Origin: Eledone cirrhosa
Lineage: Eukaryota
Assembly: GCA_964016885.1 (NCBI GenBank)
Contig: OZ024749.1
Location: forward strand, 25,668,001 to 25,732,000
Reading direction: 5' to 3'
Length of the DNA: 64,000 bases
Positions 14,400-28,210 of this stretch are shown here, one piece after another. The notes under the pieces are model-generated. The model saw nothing but the letters and a program-made list of their open reading frames with translations. It did not search any database and was not told the origin of the DNA. Position 1 is the stretch's first letter. Each line of letters opens with the position of its first letter. The translations under genes were made by a program, and so were the position numbers.

Positions 14400-14808
14400 G
14401 TTTAGCTTTAAACTATCTCTGTTATTGTATTAAATATATTTATATATATATATTTATATATATGTGTGTGTATGTGTGTGTGTGTCTGTTTAAGCATACA
14501 TACATACATATAAACTCATCCATATACACACGCATAGCTATAATTATCTTTCATATTATGTATCTTATCTTTCCCGAACCGATGAAATGTACTCAGACAT
14601 TAGCTATGGAAGCAATTTCATTATTTCACAAATCTTACACTACATTTCCTCCTCATACTGTCTCTCTCTGTCTTACACTATCTCCCTTTCACCCCCCTCT
14701 CTTTATATATATATATAAGCGTTAAACTAATATATTCCTTCTATATATATATATATACATTTATATATATACATTTATATATATATATTTATTTATATAT
14801 ATATATAC

Positions 14809-14865
<57 letters not shown>

Positions 14866-14975
14866 TATATATATACATATGTATATATATATTTATATAC
14901 ATACATACACAAAGACGAACATATAAAGTATACATGTATATATATATGTATGTATATATATATATATATGTGTGT

Positions 14976-15037
<62 letters not shown>

Positions 15038-15054
15038 ATAATAATAATAATAAT

Positions 15055-15160
15055 AATTGTTTCTACTTTTGGCACAAGGCCATCAATTACACAGTACATT
15101 ACTGGTACTTTATTTTATCGACCCCGTAAGGATGAAAGGCAAAGTTAACCTCGGCGGGAT
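15055..15160 (-). mobile_element. SINE family 1, 3' part
   Basis: Reverse-complement match to the family 1 body. Confidence 0.75.
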
Positions 15161-15227
15161 TAATAATAATAATATATATATAATAAAATATATATATAAT
15201 AATAATATATATATAATAATATATATT

Positions 15228-15430
15228 TATTAAAATAACAGATTAAAGTTTAAGCAAAGAATCGCTGCTGTTACCCTTAACGGGATCTTCTGAAACTAAC
15301 TAGGTTATTTTAAGAAATATATATTATTTTAATAAATATTTGCTCTACGGTTCTTATATATTTGATATATATTTTCCTTATCGAGCCCTCTTTGGATTTT
15401 AGTCTTCAATTTTATTATTATTACTATAAT
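15228..15430. mobile_element. Rearranged pLTR-end fragments of the PLE D family
   Basis: 15230-15300 (minus) and 15330-15425 (plus) match the 46410-46572 segment. Confidence 0.75.
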
Positions 15431-15573
15431 AATATATATATATAAATAAATATATATATATAATAACAATATATATATATAAAGGTTTATATATATATAT
15501 ATATATGTGTGTGTGTTTTGCAACGGGTCACTTTGTGGCTCAATGAAGAGTTAATCAATTAAATAATCAGAGC

Positions 15574-15742
15574 TATATATCATAAAACATGTCTATAGAA
15601 TCACCAGATAAAATATATACCGTTTCCTCTCCCAATTAGCATAATTAACCATATAAAAAATCGATTAGACCAAGCTATAAGAATAAAGGGAAACGGTATA
15701 TATTTTATCTGGTGATTCTATAGACATGTTTTATGATATATA
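15574..15742. repeat. Inverted repeat, about 54-bp arms and about 60-bp spacer
   Basis: TATATATCATAAAACATGTCTATAGAATCACCAGATAAAATATATACCGTTTCC and its exact reverse complement from 15689. Confidence 0.88.
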
Positions 15743-16844
15743 TATATATATATATATATATGTATAAATATATATTCCCTTTATCACTTTATCTATGTAT
15801 TAATGTATCTGTCTTTCTATTACCATTTCTGTTATCTTCCGTTTACTTCGTCTTTTGTTGTTGTTCACGAAATATAATTTGCCTTAAAAAATTTCGATTC
15901 ATTTTTTTACTATATTTCGTAAAGATTTTCTTCAAGATATATTTTATTTCATATCTATTTTACTGACATTAATCGGGGTGTCTTGACTGAAACGTTAGAG
16001 CGTCTTATTCATTACTTCGATATTTTTCCGTTTTTTTTTTTTTTGTCCAAATTCCGCTGATATCAACTTTGTCCTATATTCGTTCGAGGTCAGAAAATGC
16101 AGTAGGGGTCCATTACAGAAGATGATCATCGATTCTTCATCTCTCTCACTTTAATATTTTTTCTTGTTCTCTCTCATGCATTGAAAGAAATTCTCTGCGT
16201 TCAGACCTAGACAGTTGACGGCTAATTCAGGTCCAAAACGCCCCCAAAACAGAATATCTGTTTTGATAATAATATTTAGCTGATATTCAAAACAACGAAC
16301 AGCGGAGGACACGTTTCGCACCTTTCCGACAGATAACCCACCCCCACCCCCCAAACACCCGGAAAAAACACCCAGTTGATGGATGTGAATCCGAAATATG
16401 TAGGGACAATTAAATCTCTCCCAAGGTAACTCTATCTCATGTTATTTTTATTTTTTACGCTCTTTCCTACGTTCCTCTATACACTATATATCTCATTCTA
16501 CATTCACTTACATCTCTCTCTTCACCACCGGATCTTGTTACCCGGAGAATTACCTATCTGCATTGTTGAGGCTTCCAAAACGACCTAAAGAAAATATATC
16601 TTATTATTCCACAATTCTTCAAGCGAACTTCAATACTCTCTTATCCTTATAGCTGAGTATAATTTTAAATCCTGAAATTCTAGACTATTTGATGCTCAGT
16701 TCCCACCGATCTCATCCATGTCTCTTACGAATAGCTTAATGTGAAGTCTCGAATCTTAGTGGTTAGCGAATTGGAAAAAATACTAGTTTATATATACCAT
16801 TGGTTCTCTCCGATTTCATCACGATCACTTAATATGAAGGCTCC

Positions 16845-16950
16845 AGTGGTTAGAGAATAGGAATAGCAAATGTGAGGTTGTGTAGTTCGATTCCCAGGGC
16901 GGTCGATGCCTTAAGTCATTGAGGATAATACTTTATTTTACGTTGCCCTT
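16845..16950 (+). mobile_element. Degenerate SINE family 2
   Basis: AGTGGTTAGAG...GTTCGATTCCC...CTTTATTTTACGTTGC. Confidence 0.55.
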
Positions 16951-17958
16951 TCTGCCGAGTGTTGCGACTGGTAGATAGTATCAGCAATGGAAAGAACAAT
17001 GGAAACATTTTTGCCCAGGTCCGATTTTACGTGCTCCACCCAACTCGGTAAGCGAATGAGGTCTTGGATCTTATCGATCGTCCTTTATTTATCACTTAAC
17101 ATATATATAGGATTGTTTTTCATGTATTTGAGTAACATGGATAATTATATATATAGAAAAGGTGAGAGAGGGAGAGAGAGACAGAGACAGACAGAGCGAC
17201 CGACAAATCAAGAGATAGAGAAGGGAATATTGTGTCTCTTTACTTTCATTTTGTTTGAAAATTAAGATCGTAACGATGAATTCAGCTATACTGCAATTAA
17301 TAATGGTGTCATAGAAACAACGTCTGAAAAAAAAAATTCTTAAATGTTCAAAGCTGGAACAACTTTGATCATAGTTCAATTTCGACATGGCAACCTTTGG
17401 ATTAATCAGTAAAAACAAGGAGAAATAACTTATTCTACGTGGTGACTTGATTGTGTAACATGGTGTTGGTATACCAACAGGCATAATTATAATTTATCCC
17501 GGATGCGACAGCCCTTTCCCTTATATGTACACAAAACAAACGCCCTTGGTAATACACAAAATTTCCAAACTACAATATAATATGAAAATTAGAACAAATA
17601 AAACTAAATAGAGATTTTATATGATTAAAAAAATCGATAAAATTTACGACATTGTTGCGGTGTTTATATTTTAATGAATATCACATTGTTAATACATTTA
17701 TGGGGGGGGGGGAGATATGAGGTAATTGGAAGGGGAATCGAGAGAAAGGAAATAGAATATTTGGGGTGGTGGTTCTGAGAAGATACGAGTGATGTAGTTA
17801 ATCGATATCGACAAATATCATTATCATAATCATCATTATCGTCTTCATCCGCATTTTCATCTGCCTCATCATCACCATCATCAACATCATAAGAACCAAC
17901 ATATATATATATGTATATATACATACAGAGAGATAGATAGAGAGAGAGAGAGATAGAC

Positions 17959-18006
<48 letters not shown>

Positions 18007-18034
18007 AGAGAGAGATGTCAACATGAATGGACTT

Positions 18035-18225
18035 GTTATTTTTATCTAAAGACATTTGTTTTCCAATTAAAACCCACCCATCCCTTCAATCTATCTTATT
18101 TCTCATTCTTTCTTCTGATGAAAGACTAGCATCCTCTTCCTGCTATTTCAAGCGTTAACCTTATATATTCCTTCCATATACTTTACTGATTGTGCTGTTA
18201 TTTCTGTTTACCTTTTACACACTTA
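18035..18225 (+). mobile_element. pLTR fragment of the 38075 family with the HHR internally deleted
   Basis: Aligns to 38125-38310; CTGATGA kept, GAAACGTT segment missing. Confidence 0.7.
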
Positions 18226-18484
18226 TATACATATATATATATATATATATATACATAATGTTATACTTTGGGAGGGTCATATTGTGAATGAAAACATACG
18301 CACCTGTTGAGTTTCACTTTAATTTAATATAAAATTCCGGTTGGTTGGCTGGTTGATTGATTCGATAACTATAAGGTTTTTTATATATTGCTCATTCGTC
18401 ACACATCCTGTGACCTCCTCAGTGACTGGAATTTTATTTTGTGTCTCTCCTTCGTTCTATCCTACGCCATAGTTCTAGGAATAT

Positions 18485-18561
<77 letters not shown>

Positions 18562-19309
18562 TTTTTACAACAGTGATACATATTATACTTTGCTATCGAG
18601 TCACATTTTAACTCATACACCGTATTTCGCGATATATTTCATATTGTAGAGATGACATTATACCACAAAGCATTCTACTAAACGTTCTAACAACTCTACC
18701 AATTCGCCACCTACTTTAACTCATACACGGTACTTACCGATATATTTCATATTCTAGAGATGGCAGTTAATATTTTACTTGACACTCTATATGAAAATGA
18801 CTGAACCTTTTGTTGTTGACCCATTAAGAATTACGACAACCTTTAGTTCCATACCAATTCTTGTTTAACGATGCATGTAATCTGCAAGTAATTATGGTTT
18901 TCCTCTTTTCTTCTCCAATCTTTCTCAGCATTTACACACGCAGCGAAATTCCTTGAGATAATTTATTCAAATATATTCAGATTATTAATCACTTCTTTTC
19001 TCATTAATTCTGTTTATCTTACACAATTTCTATTTGATTTGATATTTACTCGGCTGTAAACGACGATAGAAGTAATGCCAAGAGAGGAAAAGTCATAAAA
19101 GAGCCCCAAATCTTTAAAATAATTATAATTCAGCCTTTCTAAGATATAATATACCTTAGGTATTCTAAACTAGATGTATCTCTTCCGACTCCAAGTCTGC
19201 AAACAAAAGATTTCTCGTAGAGACGGAAAACATGAGAATAAAGTAACGAAATAGTGTACTGGAGTAGTTCATTATTTTGCGAACTTCAGGGTGATGGTTT
19301 GCCGCACAA

Positions 19310-19580
19310 GTGTCGATTTAAACGACTTTCCTCTTCTCTTCAAATTGCTGGTCTTATGCCAAAAGTAGAAACAATATAAGGGTCGTTGATTGTCAGTATT
19401 GGTAGAGAGTCAGATATGATTTGGAGCTTATAGCTACGCAGCTTTAGGTTCTGTGATCAAATCCAGCCGTCGTTAGTTTTGCCTTTCGACCCTACGGTGT
19501 CCACAAAATTAAATAGCGGTAAGAAACTGGGATAGATGCAATCGACTTCTCCCTCCCAAGAAATTGTTGGCCTTGTGCCT
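19310..19580 (+). mobile_element. Degenerate SINE family 1 (tail of one copy plus a second copy)
   Basis: TTTGCCTTTC and GGCCTTGTGCC motifs. Confidence 0.6.
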
Positions 19581-19787
19581 CACTCACACCCTAATATTTC
19601 GCAACTCTGAAAAGAGGCAAGGAATAGCATGTATGTGTATTTTAAATCGCGATTCGAACTCAGAGTAACATGTCGCCTTCGTTATCCTTATTAAAATGGA
19701 TATCTAAACTTTATTTCGGTATTCATTACTCTTTTATCTCGACCGTCAACTATATATGGATATGGTAGGTGTAAGATGTAAACCCAC

Positions 19788-19829
<42 letters not shown>

Positions 19830-19881
19830 TATATCACACATACACACACACACATATATATATATACACACACACATATAT

Positions 19882-19951
<70 letters not shown>

Positions 19952-20479
19952 TATACCACACAGACACATATATATATATATATACACACATATATCACAC
20001 GCACACACACACACACATATATATATGTATATATATATACACAATTAACAAGATGTTTCGTAGAGTATAGTTAAAATTTAAATAATGTTAAATAGACAAC
20101 CAAATAATTAATTAAACATTCATTAATATATAGATACATTATAACAACAGCATCAAAGTACAAATATCTAAAATTAGTATCTAATTGAATAGAATCTAGT
20201 AGGAAAAAAATGAATAAAAAATAGAATAACAGTTCATTCATACCTCACTAGGAATCAAGCGACCAATCTGGTAACTTGAATCCCTAACCAGTTCACAAGC
20301 AGCAACGCAAATTGGAATATCTATCTCCCACACATAAGAACTGCTACTTGAAGAGAACACGCATGATAGCTATTATACAACTGCCATACATCTTTGAAAT
20401 ACGTATAACAAAATAAATAGGGATGTAAACATTAAACCGTCTTTCCTGTTTTTTTATTATTATTGTTATTATTATTATT

Positions 20480-20599
<120 letters not shown>

Positions 20600-20676
20600 A
20601 TTCCTCTTCAGAAAATTGTGATCTTTGCACTCGACATTATGGGACCTAAAACGAGATTAATGTTGAATATTCGCTG

Positions 20677-20862
20677 ATTTGGAATATTATTTCAAAAGCT
20701 ACTCCTTTTAATTCCTCTTCAGAAAATTGTGATCTTTGTATAGAGGAAATATTCTTTATATTAAAGACCAAAAATTCCCTTAATTTAAGGAATAATTTAT
20801 TCAGTTGCTGCAGACATAGATTGAACTCAACGTTTAAATATAAATATAAATTTAAAATGTAG
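20677..20862 (+). pseudogene. Naiad-like PLE C-terminal fragment
   Basis: IWNIISKATPFNSSSENCDLCIEEIFFILK...LNLRNNLFSCCRHR*, homologous to the C-termini of elements A-D; about 32 bp duplicated at 20595. Confidence 0.75.
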
Positions 20863-21007
20863 TATAATTAATTAAGTAATTTGGTTAATATATGAAACCT
20901 GTCGATAAATCATTAGATTCCTTCACCTTTTTCATTTTCTTTGGTTAAATACTCAAGTATAAATTTTCTTCCTAAATATAAATATAAATATAATAAACTA
21001 TTCTAGA

Positions 21008-21400
21008 AAAGTTTATCCTTTCAATATCTTAAATAAAATATACGTAAGATAAATTTCTATACTAAATATATTAACATATTATTTTAGCTTAAAATATTCT
21101 ATAATATTTTTAAATATTTTAATATTTTGATATCTGTAGAATCCCTGTTTTTTAAGTTATATTGATATAATAATTTATTTATTTTTTATTAGGTTTGTTT
21201 TTATTCTGATAGCTTCTCATAATTTTCAAAAGTTTATCCTTTCAATATTTTTGATTAAAATATACGTAAGATAAATTTCTATACTAAATCTATTAAACAT
21301 ATTATTTTAACTTAAAATATTCTATAATATTTTTAAATATTTTAATATTTTGATATTTGTAGAATTCGTTTGTCTTCTAAGTTATATTGATATAATTATA
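21008..21400. repeat. About 220-bp-period direct duplication in the AT-rich PLE 3' region
   Basis: AAAAGTTTATCCTTTCAATAT...TAAGTTATATTGATATAA at about 21008 and 21229. Confidence 0.8.
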
Positions 21401-22219
21401 TTTCCAAAATATAATCCTTTTGTATTTTTTATACTCAATTGTACTATGTAATATATTGATGTAAAGTTATCTCTATACGACTAAGTATCTATATATGTGT
21501 ATTAACATACACATACATGTGTTATATTCTTTTTTATGATTATATGTCTGTCTGTATATATGCATGAGTGACGCGTGTCTACCAATTGGGTGAAGATGCA
21601 CACACATATTTATATATGTATAGCTAAGAATTGTGTGTGTACATGTACATGCTTACCCATGCAGTTTTGATTGCAGATATGCATAATTTAACAGCCATAA
21701 ATGCATGAAAGTTAATCCTATATATTTATATATGTATACTAAGAATTTTTATTTAATAACACAAGGAATGTATAGCAGTAATAAAAAAAATCACCTATGC
21801 TTTGTATGTATATATTATATGCGGGAGTAGATATAATGTGTATTTTATGAGTGTGTGTGTATATATATATTTATGTATCTTTGCCTATATGTACGTGCTA
21901 TACGATAGATAATTTCTCTAGCAATATATATATTTTGTGATGTTTAAATTCCAATTTTTAAGATATTGATCTCAATTTTTAAACTAAATATCTAATCATA
22001 ATTAAACAATGATTAATTTCTCAGATTATATATCTATATTCCATTCATGAATATTTATATTTCTAATTTTATTTATTCATTTCATCTCAATTGTTAACTC
22101 AACTTAATATGACATGACTTAATGTTTTCGTTCTCTCCCCCTCTCTCTATCTCTATATTTCTCTCTCTTGAGTTTTTTCTCTCTGTCTGGTGGTTTGATA
22201 TCTCTCTGTTGTTTTCCTG

Positions 22220-22365
22220 TTTTCTTTTTTTCTTTTTTTTCTTTTTTCTTTTTTCTTTTTTCTTTTTTCTTTTTTCTTTTTTCTTTTTTCTTTTTTCTTT
22301 TTTCTTTTTTTCTTTTTTCTTTTTTCTTTTTTCTTTTTTTTTTCTTTTTTCTTTTTTCTTTTTCT
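22220..22365. repeat. (TTTTTC)-type simple repeat
   Basis: Direct reading. Confidence 0.9.
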
Positions 22366-22543
22366 TTATTTATCTCTCCCTTTCTTTTCTCCACGTTTCT
22401 CTCTCTCTTTCTCCGTCTTTTTACTTATCCTTAACACTACGACTTACTAAAATAAACAAACCACTATCCTGATGTCTTCCAAAAGTAACGGTCGCATTTT
22501 GAAAGGGTACGTCAATGTTTATTTATAAAACTGGTATATATTG

Positions 22544-22611
22544 TATTTTGTCTGATGATGAAGGCATACCATAATTTAACTTGGTATCCTTGAAATATGT
22601 ATAATGAAATA
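22544..22611 (+). ncRNA. Hammerhead motif in a pLTR end of the 12693 family
   Basis: TATTTTGT-CTGATGA(tga duplication)-AGGcATACCA..TGGTATCCTT-GAAA-TATGTA-TA^ATGAAATA. Confidence 0.55.
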
Positions 22612-22671
22612 AATATGGTTTTATAAATATAGTTTCCATTTGTTAATATCGTATATATATATATATATATC

Positions 22672-22952
22672 TTTGGTCCCACTCGGTCACGAATGTCCAT
22701 GGTTTTGCACCTAGAAAGTTTCCCTCCGAGGTACAAGTCTGGTGGAAGATCAGTAGTCGTCCATGCATACCATCACCACCCCTCTCCACGCCACCTATGT
22801 TGTCCAAGGGAAAGGCAATGACCGATACACCTTGGCACCAGTGACGTCGCAACTCATTTCTACAGCTGAAAAAACTGGAGCAACGTGAAATAAAGTGTCT
22901 TGCTCAAGGACACAACGCATCACCCGGTCCGAGAATCGAACTCACAACCTCT
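22672..22952 (-). mobile_element. SINE family 2
   Basis: Reverse-complement homolog of 23428-23765 (GAGTTCGATTCTCGGACCGGG...CTTGAGCAAGACACTTTATTTCACGTTGCTCCAG). Confidence 0.8.
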
Positions 22953-22981
22953 GAATTATATATATATATATATATATATAT

Positions 22982-23025
<44 letters not shown>

Positions 23026-23427
23026 AGAGAAAGAGAGAGAGAGCGGGAGGGAAGGGGAAAGACATATGTGTAATATTAATATCTGCTTTAAAGAAACTCA
23101 AATGACACTAAATGTTGCTCTTCTTTTGATCTTAACAACATAATGGCTATTTTGTGTGAAATTACTGAAAAGTTAGAAGCTGTTAAATTAGAATGATATC
23201 AGGTGTATATATAATCTTTTATAAGAACAAGCCAGAGACTGTATTCCGTTTTTAATCATCGTTTTTCATTGTAAACACTTACATATATTCTGACTCATTT
23301 TTTAATGTAGTCAGTTACTATAACAAAACATATTGACTTCCTAGAATATGAAAATGATCTTCTGATCTTCACAAATAATATTGCTATTACTAATACTGCT
23401 ATTAATACAGATACTACTACTTGTGCT

Positions 23428-23765
23428 GTGAAGGTATGTGGCCTTGTGGTTACAGCGTTGGGCTTACAATCGTGAGGTTGTGATTTCGATTCTCGGACCG
23501 GGATTTGCGTTGTATTCTTGAGCAAGACACTTTATTTCACGTTGCTCCAGTTCACACAACTGTAGATTGAGTTGTGATGTCACTGGTGCGAACCTGTGTA
23601 GGCCTCTACCTTTTCCTTGGACAACGTCGGTGGCGTGAAAAGGGCGACGGTGGCGTGAACAGGTACGCAGGTTCGACTGCTGGTCTTCCACAAACAACGT
23701 TGACCGGGCTTGTGCCTAAGAGGGGAACATGTGCAAATCTCATGGCCATTCGTTACCGAAAGATG
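23428..23765 (+). mobile_element. SINE family 2, near full length
   Basis: tRNA-like head (TGGCCTTGTGG, TTCGATTC) plus a body shared with 22672-22952. Confidence 0.8.
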
Positions 23766-23833
23766 TCTTTACCCCAAATACTTGTGCAACCGCTGCTTAT
23801 GTGGCTGGTTCTGCATCTTTATTAATATTATTT

Positions 23834-24013
23834 TGGCAGTATCAGTAGAGAGTCGAACACCATGCTTTGACGCATAGATTTTCGGCCCTTGCCATTCTGA
23901 GTTCAAATCCCGCCGAGGCTAACTTTGTCCTTCATCCTTACGGAGTCAATAAAATGAAGTACCAGTAATGCACTGGGTAATTGTTGGCCTTCTGCCAAAA
24001 GTAGAAACAATTA
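23834..24013 (+). mobile_element. SINE family 1
   Basis: GAGTTCAAATCCCGCCGAGG...GGCCTTCTGCCAAAAGTAGAAAC. Confidence 0.82.
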
Positions 24014-25589
24014 TTTTTATCGCTTTGAATTGAAATAGAAATAGAAGCTTTCGTAAAATTTTAACTAAATAATATATTCTATTTTTTTTTTTGGGGGGGG
24101 GGGCGTCTAAACCCACTGAAGGGTAAAACACTGGTGTCAGCACACACTATATCATTTAGTGAAAATATTGCGGCGAAGCTTCTATTAATATATATTTCTT
24201 GTACTATTAAATGAGAATTTTTTTTAAAAGAATGTGTTCGGAATATATCAAAGACATTCGAAAGCCCATCAGTTCACCATTGTTCTCTCTTAACAGTAAA
24301 TAAATACAAGAGATGTAAATAACTATGGAATAATAATATTAAGATAAATCAACACTATGCTTTGATCAATGTGGTCTCTAATGAGAAAATGGAGAAGGGG
24401 TAAAGAAGGACAGATCTGGCTGTATGGGAAAGTAGAGGAAAGGACTATAGAAGCCATAATAGTAATTAAGAATAAAAATATTAAAACACATTCAATAATT
24501 CAAATGTGTTCTCATATTGAAACTCATTAAACATGTGACAAAATAGACGCCTCTATTCACACGTGTTTGATCATACGTGACGCAATTTTTATTCACATTT
24601 CCTGCAATTTTGATGTAAGTTAAATAGGGCCAAATGGTAATTAATATCATGTCTTTGTTTTCAATTGTAAACCTTCTCTACTCCTCTTTCCATTTCCTAT
24701 CATCTTTTTCATACATTCGCTTCTCTATTTCTCTCACCGATTCTCACTCTCGTCTCTTATACTTTTCATCTTTACGTGTAATCATAACTTTGGGTAGCAA
24801 ATCTTCTACACCGGTGACCAAGAAACCGTGATTTCAAGCATATATTTGACGTTTAGTATCACGTATAGGTTCTAAGACGACAAAAATTACTTTTAAATTT
24901 TATATTTTATTACATTAAACTTTCCATGAACTAAATTTCAATCGCATTAGTCTATTCCACTATATACTAAAATACACTAGTCCAAACTACCATACCTCAT
25001 AAATGCGAAAATCCTCCAAACACTTTTTACTATGTTTACGATACTCTTACAAATAATTCACGAAGGAAATCTGTCAAAAGAGATTTTATAATAATATACG
25101 TGATCTGCAATGGTTGTAAAATGATCGAAAAATAAATATTGCCGAATTAATACATAAGTTGATGCATTTGATTGAAAAAACCAAGGTACTCCCATTACGA
25201 TAGATTTTTGAAAGATCACAAAGAATCCTCCGGCTAGAAAAGCTTAATAAATTCATGTGGAAACAACAAAGAGTTCGACGTTAGTACAGAAAGATTTTAT
25301 GCAACACTAGACAAACAAAAGATATAAATCAATGCAGCGTCAAAGGTAAGAGATGTAGGTGATACAGTGGAGAGGAGAGAATGGGAAGTGTGGAGAGTAA
25401 AGGAAGAAAAAGCGCATGAAATCATTAAAAAACACCCGCAGCACCTGAGCAATGATCGGAGACCGTATCAAATAAAAAGTTAGCGTAGATGCTACAATAC
25501 ATAAACAACCATTAAGTTATAAAGTCAAATATTTCTAGTTGAATTATTTAACAAGTCTAAATAAAATACTAAAATAATAGCAAAGATAC

Positions 25590-25950
25590 TTGGTAACACA
25601 CTGAGATACATTGGAATTTGTGAACCAGACAATACACAACAAACAAATGAACGAAAAAAGAAGGAGTATTATAAACGTATAAGGTTAATACTTAGAAAGA
25701 AATTTAAATGCCAAGATATGGTTGTAGGCATCAAAACACTAGCTGGTCCTTTGACAATGCTCATAAATTTTTCAACTAGAAATTAAGTGTATTAGCAAGA
25801 CGGAGCGAGAAAACAATGACACTAATAGCTGTTTCTACAGTACACTTCCAAAAATATGAAACAGGAAGATCTTATTTAGTTGAATATAATTACTGTCGGT
25901 CTACAAACATATTAAATAACAAATACTGGGAAATTATTGGAAATAACTGC
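25590..25950 (+). pseudogene. Heavily decayed R4/Dong-like LINE fragment
   Basis: KEYYKRIRLILRKK/LNAK..MVVGIKTLA resembles EYIRRVRSVLKSHLNSRNAISAVNSRA of 28211-30574. Confidence 0.5.
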
Positions 25951-26134
25951 AACACACGAACAAATCGTTGTGCAGCCTGTGACAAAATAAGGTGCTGTAT
26001 TTTGCCACTGCTCTGTACGTTTTGAGTCATGCTGAAGACACACCGAACCAATAGGTGGTAGTAAAACAGTTAATATATATTCAAAATATCTTGGGGAGAA
26101 AAGAAAACCAACGATAAAGTCTTAAGACTAGAAA

Positions 26135-26412
26135 GTATAGAGATATCTCTTGTGTGTGCTATTAGAAAGAGGCAATTGGAATTATTTGGTCACATAAGCA
26201 GAAGAGATGGTTTGGGGAAGCTGATAGTTTGTGGCAAGATCGCTGGGGAGAGGAGATAAGGGCGACAAAGAACAACATTTACAGACAGCATGACCAAATA
26301 CGTCAACGAAAATCGAAACGAGAGAGACCTTATCTTGAACACTGACAACAAAAAGGACGGAAGAGCCATGGTCACCGATGCCTGGAAGAAACCTGGAATC
26401 TGATGATAATAA
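26135..26412 (+). pseudogene. RTE-clade LINE 3' end
   Basis: IRKRQLELFGHISRRDGLGKLIVCGKIAGERR*GRQRTTFTDS, followed by a TGATGATAATAAT tail. Confidence 0.75.
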
Positions 26413-27472
26413 TGAGTACATTATATATACCAGCCTAAATTATCATTATTGTAACAACAGTCGAACATCCCTAACAAAGTCTCTCCCCAATTCACCATTT
26501 TCCATTGCTCTTTATAACTGTTTCCTACTGAACTTTGTAACGTTTGAATGTTCGAGCAGGTCTTTTAATACTGCGTAACCTGGGAGTTGGTTCCCACAAT
26601 AGTAACATGTGTGTAACTTCCGACTTACATCTCCAACAATGACCTGCAAATCTTTGAGCAATTGTAATTGTTATCTTGGGCAGGGTTCAGTATAAGGTTT
26701 CATTTATGATACATCGACACCATTTCATGATTTGTACAACGCTAAGTATTTTAACGTATGTACCATCTAGTTTCTTCTCAATTGCTTGTGTGAGGGTCCA
26801 TGTACCTGATCCATACCACAACACTTACTCAACTAGCCTAAAACAGGTTTCTAACTCACAAGACGTTGATTAATTCGAGTCTACAGTAGAAGAAAGACAT
26901 TTGATCACAGTGTCATAAATTCTTATCAAACAGAATGTGAAAACATGTTATTAGCGAAGCAAATATCAACACCATAGCGTGCTTCAACCAAACATCATAG
27001 TAGATATCAGAAATAATTACGTTTAAAACAATTCTGTCAGGCGGAATTCTAATCTATAATTGAATAAAAACCAAATGTAAAACTAATATTATCTCATAAT
27101 TCAGATGAAAGTTCATGATCATATTTTCAATTCATCGTTAAAAAAATATTATTTTGTCTTATTAAATTATGAAGAATATGTAATTAACACTGGATATGAT
27201 TTTTATTTTATTTTATTTCAATACATATTAGTTTGTTTTATTTTTCGTTTGTAAAGATATATGGATATTATTAGTCTATATTTTTGCTATGTGGATATGT
27301 AACAAAAATAATGATGATCTTTTCCTGTTGAAATATGATGACACGGCAAATATTAATGAGAGAGGTAAAGATAATTATAATATTGTATAATAATAACAAC
27401 AATATTAATAATAAAAATATTATTGTGATTATTATTGATAATAAAAATATTATTATGATTATTATTATTAAT

Positions 27473-27648
27473 AATTGTTTCTACTTTTGGCACAAGGCCA
27501 GCAATTACCCAGTGCATTACTGGTACTTTATTTTATCGACCCCGTCAGGATGAAAGGCAAAGTTAACCGCGGCGGGATTTGAACTCAGAATGGCAAGGGC
27601 CGTAATTATGCGTCAAAGCATGGCATCCGACTCTCTACCAATACTGCA
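27473..27648 (-). mobile_element. SINE family 1
   Basis: Reverse complement closely matches 23834-24013. Confidence 0.82.
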
Positions 27649-27649
27649 A

Positions 27650-27805
27650 TGGTTTCTTTATTGTGGGAAACCTCCTATGGTTACTCGTGGCGAAAACCAC
27701 ACAAAAAACCACGGCAACCCTGACCACCAGGGCAAGCGCCCTCTCTCAATGTTTCCATTCGTTAAACTACAAGCGAATATTCAGAGCGGTCCCGCTCACT
27801 CAGAC

Positions 27806-27808
<3 letters not shown>
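27650..27808 (-). mobile_element. Short 3' fragment of a Tx1/L1-like LINE
   Basis: CCCTGACCACCAGGGCAAG.GCCCTCTC shared with 30882-30910; encodes a homolog of the terminal MARVNGPTLSIYL*. Confidence 0.65.
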
Positions 27809-27836
<28 letters not shown>

Positions 27837-27842
27837 TATAAT

Positions 27843-28142
27843 AATTAACCGATACCAGGACTTAAAGTGGGAGGTAAAAAGGATTTGGAACTGCCATGAA
27901 ATCAAGGTCGTCCCAATTGTCATAGGCGCACTAGGTACTATCTCAAAGAGTTTCCAAGGATGGTTAAAGAAGATTAGTCCAGCCGCGCTTTTTGCAACAC
28001 TTCCTTCAAAAAGGCATGCTTGCTGGGAACAGCAAGAACCCTCCGATACGTCCTGAATATCTGAGGCTGCAGGTAGAGGCTTGATATTCATTTCAACAAA
28101 CTTTCCAGTTAAATAACATCAATGACTGAGACTCAAAGAACA
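27843..28142 (+). mobile_element. 3' fragment of an R4/Dong-type LINE between (TAA)n tracts
   Basis: Aligns to 30358-30650 (INRYQDLKWEVKRIW... plus 3' UTR). Confidence 0.88.
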
Positions 28143-28144
28143 AC

Positions 28145-28193
<49 letters not shown>

Positions 28194-28210
28194 TTCGACA
28201 ACAACCAGAT

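Noticed and set aside
15985-16345. GAAACGTTAGA (15989) and minus-strand GAAACGTGTC (about 16310) hammerhead halves; similar half at 54880
   Set aside because: No recognisable 5' core; at best decayed remnants
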